From the UHGV virus genome UHGV-0296494: 29,054 nucleotides of DNA; one strand, given 5' to 3'. The notes under the pieces are model-generated. The model was not told the origin of the DNA. It saw only the letters and a list, made by a program, of their open reading frames with translations, and searched no databases. Below, one piece after another: positions 1 through 8,718 of the stretch (the stretch's first letter is position 1; each line of letters starts with the position of its first letter). This stretch comes from a virus. The position numbers and the translations under genes were made by a program.

Positions 1-298
1 CCACCAGACTCTGCAGGTCTTCCGCCATCCCGGTGACCATGCCGTGCAGGTTAGAGACCGTCAGTGTCGGACGGGCAGCACTGCCCTTACCGTTCAGTTC
101 AAATCCCGTCCCCTGAATGGGGTATGCCTGATACTGCCGCCCCTGCCAGGTGACCGGTTCACCTTTTTCGTTCTGCTCATTACAGAAGAAATAACGATCT
201 CCGCCGACCTCTGTCAGATCAATTTCCCAGAGCACGATCAGCGCGGATTGCTCCGTTTTAGTGCACTCATTGAGTGTTTCCTGCTGTATATCCTGCAT
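1..298 (-). CDS. Minor tail protein L, N-terminal 99 codons (gene runs off the window start)
   Basis: Minus-strand translation from ATG at 298-296 reads MQDIQQETLNECTKTEQSALIVLWEIDLTEVGGDRYFFCNEQNEKGEPVTWQGRQYQ..., about 85% identical to the lambda-type L at 28001. Start overlaps the stop of the upstream M gene as TGATG. Confidence 0.85.
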   Translation of the reverse strand, partial: MQDIQQETLNECTKTEQSALIVLWEIDLTEVGGDRYFFCNEQNEKGEPVTWQGRQYQAYPIQGTGFELNGKGSAARPTLTVSNLHGMVTGMAEDLQSLV

Positions 299-639
299 CA
301 GTGAGTGACCTCTTCAAAGGTACAGTTAAAATCGGTATACATGGCATTATCCGAAATGCTCCACTCCCTGCAGACAACCCGGACAGTCCTGTTGTGTTTT
401 GGCGGACGCCACAAAAAAGCACGAATCCCGGCATGACGGGATAAAAAACTGTCCAGCGCGGCACGGGAATATTCATCTGTGACACGAAATACCGGTTTAA
501 ACGTTTTCAGATCCGCATTCAGACCACCAGCCCGTCTCTGTTCATATCCGTCACCAAACTTTACCGTAATAACTGATGGCTTTCGTGTCGTCTCCATCCC
601 CTCACGGGGGATCCAGTTAAAAACTTCAGGCTCAGGCAC
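298..639 (-). CDS. Minor tail protein M (lambda gpM family)
   Basis: ORF 298..684(-) contains FNWIPREGMETTRKPSVITVKFGDGYEQRRAGGLNADLKTF, aligning with lambda M (FRWKVKPGMDVASVPSVRKVRFGDGYSQRAPAGLNANLKTY). Start uncertain: GTG at 639 has a GGAGGA SD 7 nt upstream; alternative ATGs at 654 and 597. Confidence 0.75.
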   Translation of the reverse strand: MPEPEVFNWIPREGMETTRKPSVITVKFGDGYEQRRAGGLNADLKTFKPVFRVTDEYSRAALDSFLSRHAGIRAFLWRPPKHNRTVRVVCREWSISDNAMYTDFNCTFEEVTH

Positions 640-3600
640 TGTACAATCCTCCATCCCGACGCGATGACTGCATAATTGACACAACCCTGCTGTCGATCAG
701 ATCCACCAGTCCCCTGGCTGAGCGCGCATCTATCTCGCCATTGCTCCCTTGATTCTGAATGCTGATGTGATACACGGGAGAATAAACAACCCCCCCGCCA
801 CTATTCACATTGCCAATGGCTCTGACCCCAAGAGAGCCGTCCGCTGCCCGTGTCAGTGGCATGATAGCTTCAGGCCCGGCCTCGCCCATCAGCCCGGCAC
901 CTTTCGCAAAAGCAAAATACGTCGGTGTATCCACAATAGTGTTACTGTAAGCACTCAGATTTGCCGATGTGTAAACACCACCTTTTGCGTTTGCCACCGC
1001 CCCCGAAATCCATCCGCCGACCGTACCAAGCCACCCTCCGGCACCGGAGAGTGACTTCAGTCCGTTAACAATGGCCGCATTCATCAGAATTTTTGAAACT
1101 TCCTGGAGAATTGAACTCCCCCAGTTTCTCCAGTCCACAACATTTCCGGCCAGCGCATCGGAAATATTTGATACCAGCCCGTCCATAGTGGAAACGACAG
1201 CATCTGCCGCCTGCGAAGCATAATCGGTGGCACTGTCTGCCCAGTTGGTCAGCCCCTCCTGGAGTCCTGCATTCCAGTTATTACGTAAAGCATCGGCCTT
1301 TGCATAATAATCCTGCTGATCGCTGAGACGCTCTTCCAGATATTTTTTATTCAGTTCTTTCTCCTGTTTCCACAGGGCTTCTTCAATTTCTCCGGCCTGA
1401 TACTGTCTCAGCAGCTCGTTATTTTTCTGCTCAAACTCATGCCGGATACTCCACATTTCCTGGAGTCGTTCACGCATCCGTGAGCCTTCACCATATCCCA
1501 GTAACTGCGCGTCGTTAGACGCCCGGGTACTGGCATTACTGTCCGCCAGGCTGCTTTCATACGCAGCAAGCTGCTCACGAATCTTTTTCTGGTCGATGAG
1601 TGCTGCATTCTGCAAAAGCGTTTTTTTCTGCGCTTCTGACAGGGTTGATAATTCGCCCTGACTGACCTGATATTTCATCTTAGCCAGTTCAGTATTCTGC
1701 CCTGCCAGTGCTATCTGTTCTTTTTGCTGTTTAATCAGCCGTTTATAAATATCTTCTGTTTTTTCCGCTTCGGTCTTTTTATGCGCTTTGGGTTTATTTG
1801 CCTGGTTATTTCGCCAGGCATCCAGTGAGTTATTGATATAATTCTGTCTGGCTGTCTGATACGCCTCTCCCACAAAGCCGAGATCATCCGCAGCATAGCC
1901 CAGTCGGGCACGCTCACGCGCTTCCCCCTTAAGGCGGGACAGAGCCAGTTCGCGCTTGCTGTTATTCAGTGCGGTCTGCTGTTTATCATCCAGGGTTGCC
2001 TGTGGTAGCCGTAACGGTACATTCACCAGCCCCTGTCGCTGCTGAAGTAATTCATTACCAAGCCCAAGAAGGCGATTAAACTCGGTATGCTGCCCATTCA
2101 TGATCAACAGGGACTGATACGCTTTGTTTTGTTCCGCCGCCTGTTGACGGATCAACGCAACCCGCCGCTCCTCCAGCCCGGCAAGCACATCCTGAATGGA
2201 TTGCGCTTTGCCCTGCATTTGTGTGAGACGGGACTGTTCAACTGCCAGTTGATTTGTTGCTTCTGCAAGCCCTTCTGTGACTGTTTTTACCGACGTCATG
2301 TGGTTAATCATAAAACCGTTATCGGTTGTCCAGCCCGGGTTTGCCAGCACATACTGATAGCCAGCAATTTTTTCCTGTAAGGATTTAATCTTACTTTTCT
2401 GCTCGTCAATTAACCTGTTTTGCTCATCAAGTGCCTGCCGCGTCTTTTCCTCATTATCTGACGCTTCAGGAAGCGACATTGCCGACGTTTTCTGGCGAAT
2501 TTCGTCGATTTTTGCGGCATACTGGCGTGCAGATTCTCTGGCCTGCTCCTGATTCTGATACATCGTGTACCAGGCCGCGGCCCCCAGCATGACAAGCCCC
2601 GGCACCCCACCAACCAGTCCCAGTGCTCCACTTAACAGACGACTTCCCACTGACGTGACAGTATTCAGCGTTGTCTGTGCTGCTGTTCTGGCCGCAATAT
2701 TACGGGTAAGTGATGCCTGGGCAGCAGCCAGTTTCGCTTCTGCGGCTGCCTGCCTTTCGGTACCGCGAGCAGCAACAACCGCCTGTTGCGCACGATAAAC
2801 CGCCGCACGCGCCCTGGCTGTTGCTATCTGTGTCCCCCGGAGCTGCGCTTCCGCAAGAGCCACTTCGTTTCTGGCTGCAGTAATTAATCCGGCAGTTGCA
2901 GATCCAGCAGAAGACGCCATATTGCCAAAATATCGGGCTACCCCGACGGCAACCAGAGCACCGGCAGCGGTTGCCACAGTGTCAATATTGCCTGCAATAC
3001 CATTCAGCACACCGGAGAGCGTCTTCGTCACTCCGCTTGCCTCGTTCGCACCACCAACCCAGGCCATAAAGGCGTTTTCAACTTTGGTTGCAGAGGATGA
3101 AACCGTATCAGGCATTGCCGCATATTCATCACGTAATGCCCCAAGCTGACTAATCAGTGCAGGAACAACCTTATCGGCGGTCAACTTTCCGTTATCCGCC
3201 ATGGCCTTCAGATCCTTACGGGCAACCCCCACTCCCGCAGCCAGCGCACGAATAACACGATCGCCGTTCTCATTCACCGAGTTAAACTCTTCACCGCGCA
3301 GCACTCCCTGCGCCAGTGCCTGACTGAACTGCGTGATCACCGAACTGGCTTCTGCTGTACTGGCACCGGATAATTTCAGGCCCGTGGAGATCGCCTCGGT
3401 GACTTTCAGTACCTCCTCAGAACTGTAACCATACTCCCGCATGGAAGCTGCAGAACGGGCAAAAAGGCTGGCGTTATCAGAAAACGCCGTCCCCGTTCTC
3501 TGGCTGATCGCCATTAATTCACGCTGTGATGCCTGAAAATCATCACTGGACTGTGAGGCCTGCTTCAGACGGGCATTTACTGAATTCCACTCATCGGCGA

Positions 3601-3865
3601 AAGAAATAAGATGACCGGTAGCAAAAGCCCCGGCAAATGCCCCCGCCATATTCAGTGCCGAAGATTTAGCTGTATTTATCTGATCCGTCACTTCTGCCAG
3701 TGCACGCCGCATTTCACGGGATGCAGCAGCGGACTGCCGGCCTCCGTTCTGCATGGTACGGTAGTAATCCTGCCCCATACGCGAAGCCCGGGAGATCTCT
3801 GACTGGAATGACCGGGAATTTGCCGAGATTTTAATAATCAGTTCACGTAATGTCGCCACACTCAT
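632..3865 (-). CDS. Tail tape measure protein, 1077 aa
   Basis: Long Ala/Gln-rich coiled-coil ORF in the position between the G/T chaperone and M. N-terminus resembles the TP901-type tape-measure N-domain; C-terminus resembles the lambda H C-terminus. ATG at 3865. Confidence 0.9.
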   Translation of the reverse strand: MSVATLRELIIKISANSRSFQSEISRASRMGQDYYRTMQNGGRQSAAASREMRRALAEVTDQINTAKSSALNMAGAFAGAFATGHLISFADEWNSVNARLKQASQSSDDFQASQRELMAISQRTGTAFSDNASLFARSAASMREYGYSSEEVLKVTEAISTGLKLSGASTAEASSVITQFSQALAQGVLRGEEFNSVNENGDRVIRALAAGVGVARKDLKAMADNGKLTADKVVPALISQLGALRDEYAAMPDTVSSSATKVENAFMAWVGGANEASGVTKTLSGVLNGIAGNIDTVATAAGALVAVGVARYFGNMASSAGSATAGLITAARNEVALAEAQLRGTQIATARARAAVYRAQQAVVAARGTERQAAAEAKLAAAQASLTRNIAARTAAQTTLNTVTSVGSRLLSGALGLVGGVPGLVMLGAAAWYTMYQNQEQARESARQYAAKIDEIRQKTSAMSLPEASDNEEKTRQALDEQNRLIDEQKSKIKSLQEKIAGYQYVLANPGWTTDNGFMINHMTSVKTVTEGLAEATNQLAVEQSRLTQMQGKAQSIQDVLAGLEERRVALIRQQAAEQNKAYQSLLIMNGQHTEFNRLLGLGNELLQQRQGLVNVPLRLPQATLDDKQQTALNNSKRELALSRLKGEARERARLGYAADDLGFVGEAYQTARQNYINNSLDAWRNNQANKPKAHKKTEAEKTEDIYKRLIKQQKEQIALAGQNTELAKMKYQVSQGELSTLSEAQKKTLLQNAALIDQKKIREQLAAYESSLADSNASTRASNDAQLLGYGEGSRMRERLQEMWSIRHEFEQKNNELLRQYQAGEIEEALWKQEKELNKKYLEERLSDQQDYYAKADALRNNWNAGLQEGLTNWADSATDYASQAADAVVSTMDGLVSNISDALAGNVVDWRNWGSSILQEVSKILMNAAIVNGLKSLSGAGGWLGTVGGWISGAVANAKGGVYTSANLSAYSNTIVDTPTYFAFAKGAGLMGEAGPEAIMPLTRAADGSLGVRAIGNVNSGGGVVYSPVYHISIQNQGSNGEIDARSARGLVDLIDSRVVSIMQSSRRDGGLYSA

Positions 3866-3872
3866 TCTCCGG

Positions 3873-3897
3873 ACGAAAAAAAACCGCCGAAGCGGTT
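3873..3897 (-). terminator. Intrinsic-terminator-like hairpin between the T ORF stop and the tape measure start
   Basis: Minus-strand sequence AACCGC-TTCG-GCGGTT followed by a run of 9 T, ending about 10 nt before the tape measure ATG. Confidence 0.45.
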
Positions 3898-3905
3898 ATG
3901 TTGAC

Positions 3906-4594
3906 TCACTGAGACACTATTAAAAGCGCGTTTTCCAGTCCGGCAAATGGATCTGATACGCCTTCTGTCTGCTCCTTCTCCCACTGAAGAAGCGCATCAT
4001 TCAGTGGCACTTTGACCCCCTGCGCACCGTAAACAGCTGAAACAATCTGGGCAGCCCGGATATCAGCCCGTTCGTCCCCCAGCGGGCTGAACCTGTCAAA
4101 TTCTGCCCACATCATGATTTCTGATGCGGACATTTCCCGGCGTAACTCTGACAATGTGCGCCCCATCCTGAGCGCCAGCATCATCAGAAAACGCATCCCC
4201 GGAAGCGCTACTTTTTTTTAACCTCGCCGGCATCACTGATCAGTTCCAGAGACTGCCGAAGAAGCCGCGCATGCACCGGGCCATACACGGCAATCACCTG
4301 TTCACGATCATCCTCTGAAAATACGGGTTGCAGTCCGGTATCACACAGAACATCAATGAACAGTTCAACATCTGCCTCCAGATTTCGGCGGGCGCGCTCC
4401 GCAACGGATAACGGTGTCTCATCATCTTTTGCTTTAACGATCTCCTGCCAGCGCAACCAGGCTTCTGCAGAAGGTTCCCGTAACACAACCGTTGCTCCCT
4501 CCCATTCAGGCACATCAACGGTTTTATGGCGAAACCCCGACATCGTTGCCAGTGCCAGATTACGGATATTTTTAGTCATCACATCCATCCTCAT
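3906..4594 (-). CDS. Tail assembly chaperone G-T fusion made by programmed -1 frameshift at 4211-4217
   Basis: Minus strand reads GTT AAA AAA AAG TAG. A -1 slip on A_AAA_AAG continues as AAA AAA GTA GCG CTT CCG GGG ATG CGT TTT (K K V A L P G M R F), exactly in frame with ORF 3906..4196 (MRFLMMLALRMGRTL...), a gpT-like domain. Confidence 0.6.
4208..4594 (-). CDS. Tail assembly chaperone (gpG-like), zero-frame product
   Basis: 128-aa ORF immediately after the major tail gene, ending GEVKKK-stop at the A AAA AAG slippery site. Start ambiguous: ATG at 4594 (TAATG overlap) or ATG at 4579 with GAGGA upstream. Confidence 0.8.
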   Translation of the reverse strand: MRMDVMTKNIRNLALATMSGFRHKTVDVPEWEGATVVLREPSAEAWLRWQEIVKAKDDETPLSVAERARRNLEADVELFIDVLCDTGLQPVFSEDDREQVIAVYGPVHARLLRQSLELISDAGEVKKK

Positions 4595-5298
4595 TAACTG
4601 ACGGTTACAGTGCAGGAAGTGGAGGTCACTTTGTTAACCGGGCTTGCTGAATCAGAAATCTCGCAGGTATATGCACCCGCATCACCGGATACTGCCGATG
4701 CCTTACTGAACGTTGCCGCCGTCTGTCCGGAAACAGGAGAACCACCTTTCTTCCAGACATAAGAATAAGGCGGCACACCACCCGCAGCCTCAACCGCCAT
4801 TTCAAGTTTCGCTCCGGAAGCAACCCGCAGCGTGCTTTTTAAATCGGCCTTCACTTTCAGCGGCTCTGTCGTCAGCACAGGTTTACCTTTCAGGCGCAAG
4901 GAAAACGTTGCAGCCACAACACCATTGGTTCCTGCAGACCAGGTATGCTGACGCACCTCTGCCATAAAGGTAAATCCGTTGCCTGACGGAAAAATAACTT
5001 TAAAGCCATACGTGGTGTCATTGTCATAGGCACTGCGCAACGCGTTCTGGGCAGCATTCAGATAAAAGTTGCCTGACATGGAAATCTCTGACGCGGCACC
5101 AAGACCGTTAATATTTTCCTGCTCAACAGAACACAGCGTGGTGACATCAATATCCTGCTTTTGTCCTGCGGTAAACTGCACCTCTTTGATTGTACAGCTC
5201 AGGCCAAGATAGCTGGCAGAATCCAGGGTTTCTGCTGTTACCGGTGCAGACGAAATCATAATTTTCGTCAGTTGCGAACGCTCAAAATTAGAGGACAT
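4594..5298 (-). CDS. Major tail protein with C-terminal Ig-like domain
   Basis: 234-aa ORF; ATG at 5298 with GGAGA SD. C-terminal segment (PPYSYVWKKGGSPVSGQTAATFSKASAVSGDAGAYTCEISD) looks Ig-like. Sits directly upstream of the G/GT chaperones as in lambda V. Confidence 0.85.
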   Translation of the reverse strand: MSSNFERSQLTKIMISSAPVTAETLDSASYLGLSCTIKEVQFTAGQKQDIDVTTLCSVEQENINGLGAASEISMSGNFYLNAAQNALRSAYDNDTTYGFKVIFPSGNGFTFMAEVRQHTWSAGTNGVVAATFSLRLKGKPVLTTEPLKVKADLKSTLRVASGAKLEMAVEAAGGVPPYSYVWKKGGSPVSGQTAATFSKASAVSGDAGAYTCEISDSASPVNKVTSTSCTVTVS

Positions 5299-5310
5299 AC
5301 TCGTCTCCTG

Positions 5311-5338
5311 AAAATAAAAAAACCCGCCAGCGGCGGGT
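5311..5338 (-). terminator. Intrinsic-terminator-like hairpin just upstream of the major tail protein gene
   Basis: Minus-strand ACCCGCC-GCT-GGCGGGT followed by TTTTTTTATTTT, then the SD and ATG of the major tail gene. Confidence 0.45.
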
Positions 5339-5358
5339 GGGTAAAATCATTAATGACC

Positions 5359-5703
5359 TCAGGCTATTACCTGAAATTCAAGCGTGGCTCTGCTCAGACG
5401 GGAGTCAGGATCATAACCCTGCGTTTTAGAAATAACGGAGGGTGCCAGTTTTCTTACCGCATCAAGCGCCTGCTCACGAATATTATCTGCGTCATCAGGT
5501 ACTGTCGCCCAGACATCGATCTGCACGGTAATTCTGGATTCAGCCTGCCCATCAAGCACATCAGATGCCGTGTCAGACACCACAGAAAACACCAGCCACG
5601 GCGGAGATACCGCAGGCTTTCCCTCCGTCAGTGGGACCACATAAGGATAAACCTGTCCTCCGGCCAGCTGAGACAACAGGGAATACAGTGTGGCCTCTCT
5701 CAT
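5359..5703 (-). CDS. Tail component, DUF3168-like (putative tail terminator/completion protein)
   Basis: 114-aa ORF; ATG at 5703 overlaps the upstream stop (ATGA). Placed between the head-completion genes and the major tail gene. Confidence 0.65.
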   Translation of the reverse strand: MREATLYSLLSQLAGGQVYPYVVPLTEGKPAVSPPWLVFSVVSDTASDVLDGQAESRITVQIDVWATVPDDADNIREQALDAVRKLAPSVISKTQGYDPDSRLSRATLEFQVIA

Positions 5704-6146
5704 TTACTTAAGACCTCATCAATAGCCTGATTCATTCGCTGTATGGCAATCCGTGCTGCCAGTTCCTCTGTCGTATCGAAAGCCGGGCGAATGAATGGAT
5801 GCGCGGGCATGTTTATCGTTCCCAGCTCCACAAAGCGCCAGTAAAATGCATTTCGGGGATCGCTGGCTTTCATGCTGTTATCACTGTTTCCGGTTCGCAG
5901 GTTCCGTCCGCGAATGTGGACACCCGAGATAATTTCCCCCCGACGCTTTGAACGCTGAGTGAGAACAACCACATTTTTCTTCAGTTTCCCGGTTCGCTCC
6001 GGCGCACGTTCAACAACTGCATCCCGCATAACTTCAGCACCGGCACGGGTGGCATCGCGCAGAACCTTATTGTTTTCTGCCCTGCTGAGCGTCTCCAAAT
6101 CCCGTGCAATATCCGCCAGGCCGGAAAAATCAAGACTGAAATCCAT
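5700..6146 (-). CDS. HK97 gp10-family head-tail joining / tail completion protein
   Basis: 148-aa ORF; ATG at 6146 overlaps the upstream stop (TGATG). Synteny and motif-level resemblance to the HK97 gp10 family. Confidence 0.7.
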   Translation of the reverse strand: MDFSLDFSGLADIARDLETLSRAENNKVLRDATRAGAEVMRDAVVERAPERTGKLKKNVVVLTQRSKRRGEIISGVHIRGRNLRTGNSDNSMKASDPRNAFYWRFVELGTINMPAHPFIRPAFDTTEELAARIAIQRMNQAIDEVLSK

Positions 6147-6484
6147 CACACATTCCCCTTCAGGCTGCAGAGTATTTCAAGCCGGGTAGCGCGTGCATCC
6201 GGTATTGGTGGACCTTCTATACCCAGAATGGCCCCTTTAAATGCACCGGTCAGCACTTTCAGACGTGAAGTCGCTGTCACATCGCGCCGGAATCTCATCC
6301 AGACTCTGACCGTAGCCTGAGCGGTTTCTGCTCCGCCTGAGATTATCTCCCTCCCGCTGATACCCTTAACTTCTGCCCATACGGTAGCTCCCTCCGTCAC
6401 CGTCTCCACCGGATGCCCTGACGGAGAGCGGGCGGTGGTGACATTCAGAATAATTACGCGATCACGTAATCTGCCCGCCTGCAT
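6146..6484 (-). CDS. Head closure / head-tail adaptor protein
   Basis: 112-aa ORF with AGGAGG SD 5 nt upstream of ATG at 6484; begins MQAGRLRDRVIIL, typical of the head-tail joining family. Confidence 0.75.
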   Translation of the reverse strand: MQAGRLRDRVIILNVTTARSPSGHPVETVTEGATVWAEVKGISGREIISGGAETAQATVRVWMRFRRDVTATSRLKVLTGAFKGAILGIEGPPIPDARATRLEILCSLKGNV

Positions 6485-6492
6485 GTCTCCTC

Positions 6493-6810
6493 CTACAAAG
6501 GAATAAAACGATAAGGCTCCAGCAGAGAAGAAAAACCAAACGGGACTGGTGCCTTGCTGACATCTGAGGAATTTTCCCGGTTTTCGTACCAGTGCCCGAC
6601 CAGCAACATGAGCGCCAGCAAAACATCATCAGCTATAAGCACCCCTTCAGGATCACCTTCCGGCACCGTCTCCTCATAAAGCTTACGGTTGATAAAATTT
6701 TCTGCCTTGCGGCAGGCAGCCCGGAAATACAGCATCAGTAACTCATCATCAGTTGCATCATCTGTATCAATACGGCACTGCGCCCTGAGTTTTTCCACTA
6801 TTGCTGCCAT
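6493..6810 (-). CDS. gp6-like head-tail connector protein
   Basis: Trimmed to the ATG at 6810, which has an AGGAG SD; the longer track ORF 6493..6990 overlaps the capsid gene. Product MAAIVEKLRAQCRIDTDDATDDELL... resembles gp6-like connector proteins. Confidence 0.7.
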   Translation of the reverse strand: MAAIVEKLRAQCRIDTDDATDDELLMLYFRAACRKAENFINRKLYEETVPEGDPEGVLIADDVLLALMLLVGHWYENRENSSDVSKAPVPFGFSSLLEPYRFIPL

Positions 6811-6842
6811 CAGAAACTCCTGCCCGCAACACTGTGCGGGCA

Positions 6843-6865
6843 TAAAAAAACCGCGTCGGCGCGGT
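6843..6865 (-). terminator. Intrinsic-terminator-like hairpin directly after the major capsid gene
   Basis: Minus-strand ACCGCG-CCGA-CGCGGT followed by 7 T, about 20 nt after the capsid stop. A second hairpin (GCCCGCA..TGCGGGC, 6822-6841) lies just before the connector SD. Confidence 0.5.
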
Positions 6866-6886
6866 CTGTAACTGAACAACGAGTGG

Positions 6887-8104
6887 TTATTTGCCAGTGA
6901 GCGCCTTGATGGCTGCCACATCTTCCAGCACACAGTCAAAACGATGGAAAGCCAGAAATGCCACCTGATCAAACTCAGCATAACGCTCAACCAGACGTTT
7001 CAGTTCCATATAAGTAACGCGGCGAATGATAAAGCGGTTGAAATCCCCCAGGAAAATGAATTTTTTTCCGGTACCAATCCCGTCAATAGCCTGATCAATA
7101 ACATAAGGGATCCCCAGCACAGTAGCCGGCGTACCGCCTGCAATATCCGGCAGCCATAACGGGCGTTTCTGTCCATCCTCCATCTCTTCAATAGTCTGCA
7201 ATGTGGCATCATTGAATGCCCAGCGGTATTTCGGCCCACCACGATATGCCGGATCAATGGCATGTTTCAGGGCATTCATTTCTTTCCAGGTGAAAGCGGC
7301 AGAGGCTACAGTCTGGATGGTTCCCGTCACCGACGCTGCCAGCCCTTTTGGCTGTAACGGTGATCCCGTTCCGGTCCCCTGAACCAGATATTTTGCCTCT
7401 CCACGACCAATACGCTGGGCAATACGGTTTGCCAGATAAGATTCAATATCCACCCCACTGTCCTGGAGCAGCTCATTGGACACACGAATTATTTTTGATG
7501 ACAGCTTTTTAGCCCCCAGAATAGCGGTCCCGAACGTCACATCCTGTTCCGTTGCGGCTGTATTTTCCGCCAGCAGTTCGCCCTCTTCAGTCGTGCCATC
7601 AGACGTTGACCAGGTGATATCCTGCCCGGTTGATGTGGTCAGAAGTTGCGCCACACTGGCAATCCCGCCATAAGCCTTCATGGTGTCAATGATTTTGTTA
7701 CGCATCTGCGTGGGCACCGTATATCCGCCCTGAGAATCCGTTGTTACACTCTGAGCCCGCAGTTCACGCATCAGATTACGCTCTTCAGCATTCAGTTCTG
7801 CAAATCCGGCACGCAGAAAACGGTTAAATGCCGCAGCGCGCTTCTCTTCCACCGCCTTTTTCCCGTTCTCCGCCTCATTATTCTGGCGCTCTTCCGGCCC
7901 GGACTCATCCACATATGCCTGATCCTGACGGCGCAACTCTTCTTCACGGGCGATTTGCTCATCCAGCGCATCCAGCTCAGCTTTCGCCCTGTTCCACTCT
8001 GCCCGTTGCTCATCAGTCCATGCGTTATCACCAATTTTTTCATGCAGTGCACGCATATCCTTTGCAATGGTGTTTCGTTTTTGCTTCATCTCATGAAGTT
8101 TCAT
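6887..8104 (-). CDS. Major capsid protein, HK97 family, with N-terminal coiled-coil delta (scaffolding) domain
   Basis: 405-aa ORF after the prohead protease. N-terminal ~100 aa are charged and coiled-coil (KAELDALDEQIAREEELRRQDQ). No separate scaffold gene lies between protease and capsid. Confidence 0.9.
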   Translation of the reverse strand: MKLHEMKQKRNTIAKDMRALHEKIGDNAWTDEQRAEWNRAKAELDALDEQIAREEELRRQDQAYVDESGPEERQNNEAENGKKAVEEKRAAAFNRFLRAGFAELNAEERNLMRELRAQSVTTDSQGGYTVPTQMRNKIIDTMKAYGGIASVAQLLTTSTGQDITWSTSDGTTEEGELLAENTAATEQDVTFGTAILGAKKLSSKIIRVSNELLQDSGVDIESYLANRIAQRIGRGEAKYLVQGTGTGSPLQPKGLAASVTGTIQTVASAAFTWKEMNALKHAIDPAYRGGPKYRWAFNDATLQTIEEMEDGQKRPLWLPDIAGGTPATVLGIPYVIDQAIDGIGTGKKFIFLGDFNRFIIRRVTYMELKRLVERYAEFDQVAFLAFHRFDCVLEDVAAIKALTGK

Positions 8105-8118
8105 CGTCAGTAGTATCC

Positions 8119-8718
8119 TTATGCATTAAGAAGGGTCAAAAGACGCTCACGCGCCATTCGTTCGTTAACAGCTTTCTTCAGCGCACCACTCGCCCGCGCT
8201 TCCTGCCAGGCTTTCATTGAGCGGACACCAGAGTCTGCGTCCTGATAGGCCGGATATGTCACCGGGCTGACGTCATACAGACGAGAAATGCGCGTGATTT
8301 CCCGGATAACAATCCCCTCGTCGTCTTCATACCAGCTCTCTCCGTCACGGGCGACACGAAACGCGAACGAGGACTGATTAATGTCACCACGCAACATTGG
8401 AGATAGCACCAGGTCACAAATAGTCGGAGTATCCGGTGCAACAATGTCATAACGTAAACCGCGTTCATCCACCGACAATGACAACGTGCCGGCAGAACTT
8501 CGTCCGAGAATGAAATTAGGATCATGATTAAACAAGCCACGTACATCATCATTCAGTACATCATCAAAAGCCCCCGGCTTGATGATTTCACGAAATCCCC
8601 ACAGAGGTTCTGAACGACTGTTAAATACCGAGCCATAGCCCAGAATGTGGGTCGGGGCATTATCATATTGTTCCGCCCGCACCTCCCCGCTGTAACAGCG
8701 CGTTTCACGGTCATTCAT
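8119..8718 (-). CDS. Prohead maturation protease (HK97 family)
   Basis: 199-aa ORF between portal and capsid genes; ATG at 8718 overlaps the portal stop by 8 nt. Confidence 0.85.
   Translation of the reverse strand: MNDRETRCYSGEVRAEQYDNAPTHILGYGSVFNSRSEPLWGFREIIKPGAFDDVLNDDVRGLFNHDPNFILGRSSAGTLSLSVDERGLRYDIVAPDTPTICDLVLSPMLRGDINQSSFAFRVARDGESWYEDDEGIVIREITRISRLYDVSPVTYPAYQDADSGVRSMKAWQEARASGALKKAVNERMARERLLTLLNA

Noticed and set aside
44-304. Plus-strand 86-aa ORF at the window start
   Set aside because: It is the antisense shadow of the minus-strand L gene, whose translation matches lambda-type L; a near-identical shadow frame exists opposite the module-2 L.
749-3802. Plus-strand ORFs (749..1054, 2087..2380, 2565..2798, 2922..3149, 3611..3802) within the module-1 tape measure region
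   Set aside because: All are antisense to the 1077-aa tape measure ORF and lack start signals; typical of Ala/Gln-rich coiled-coil genes.
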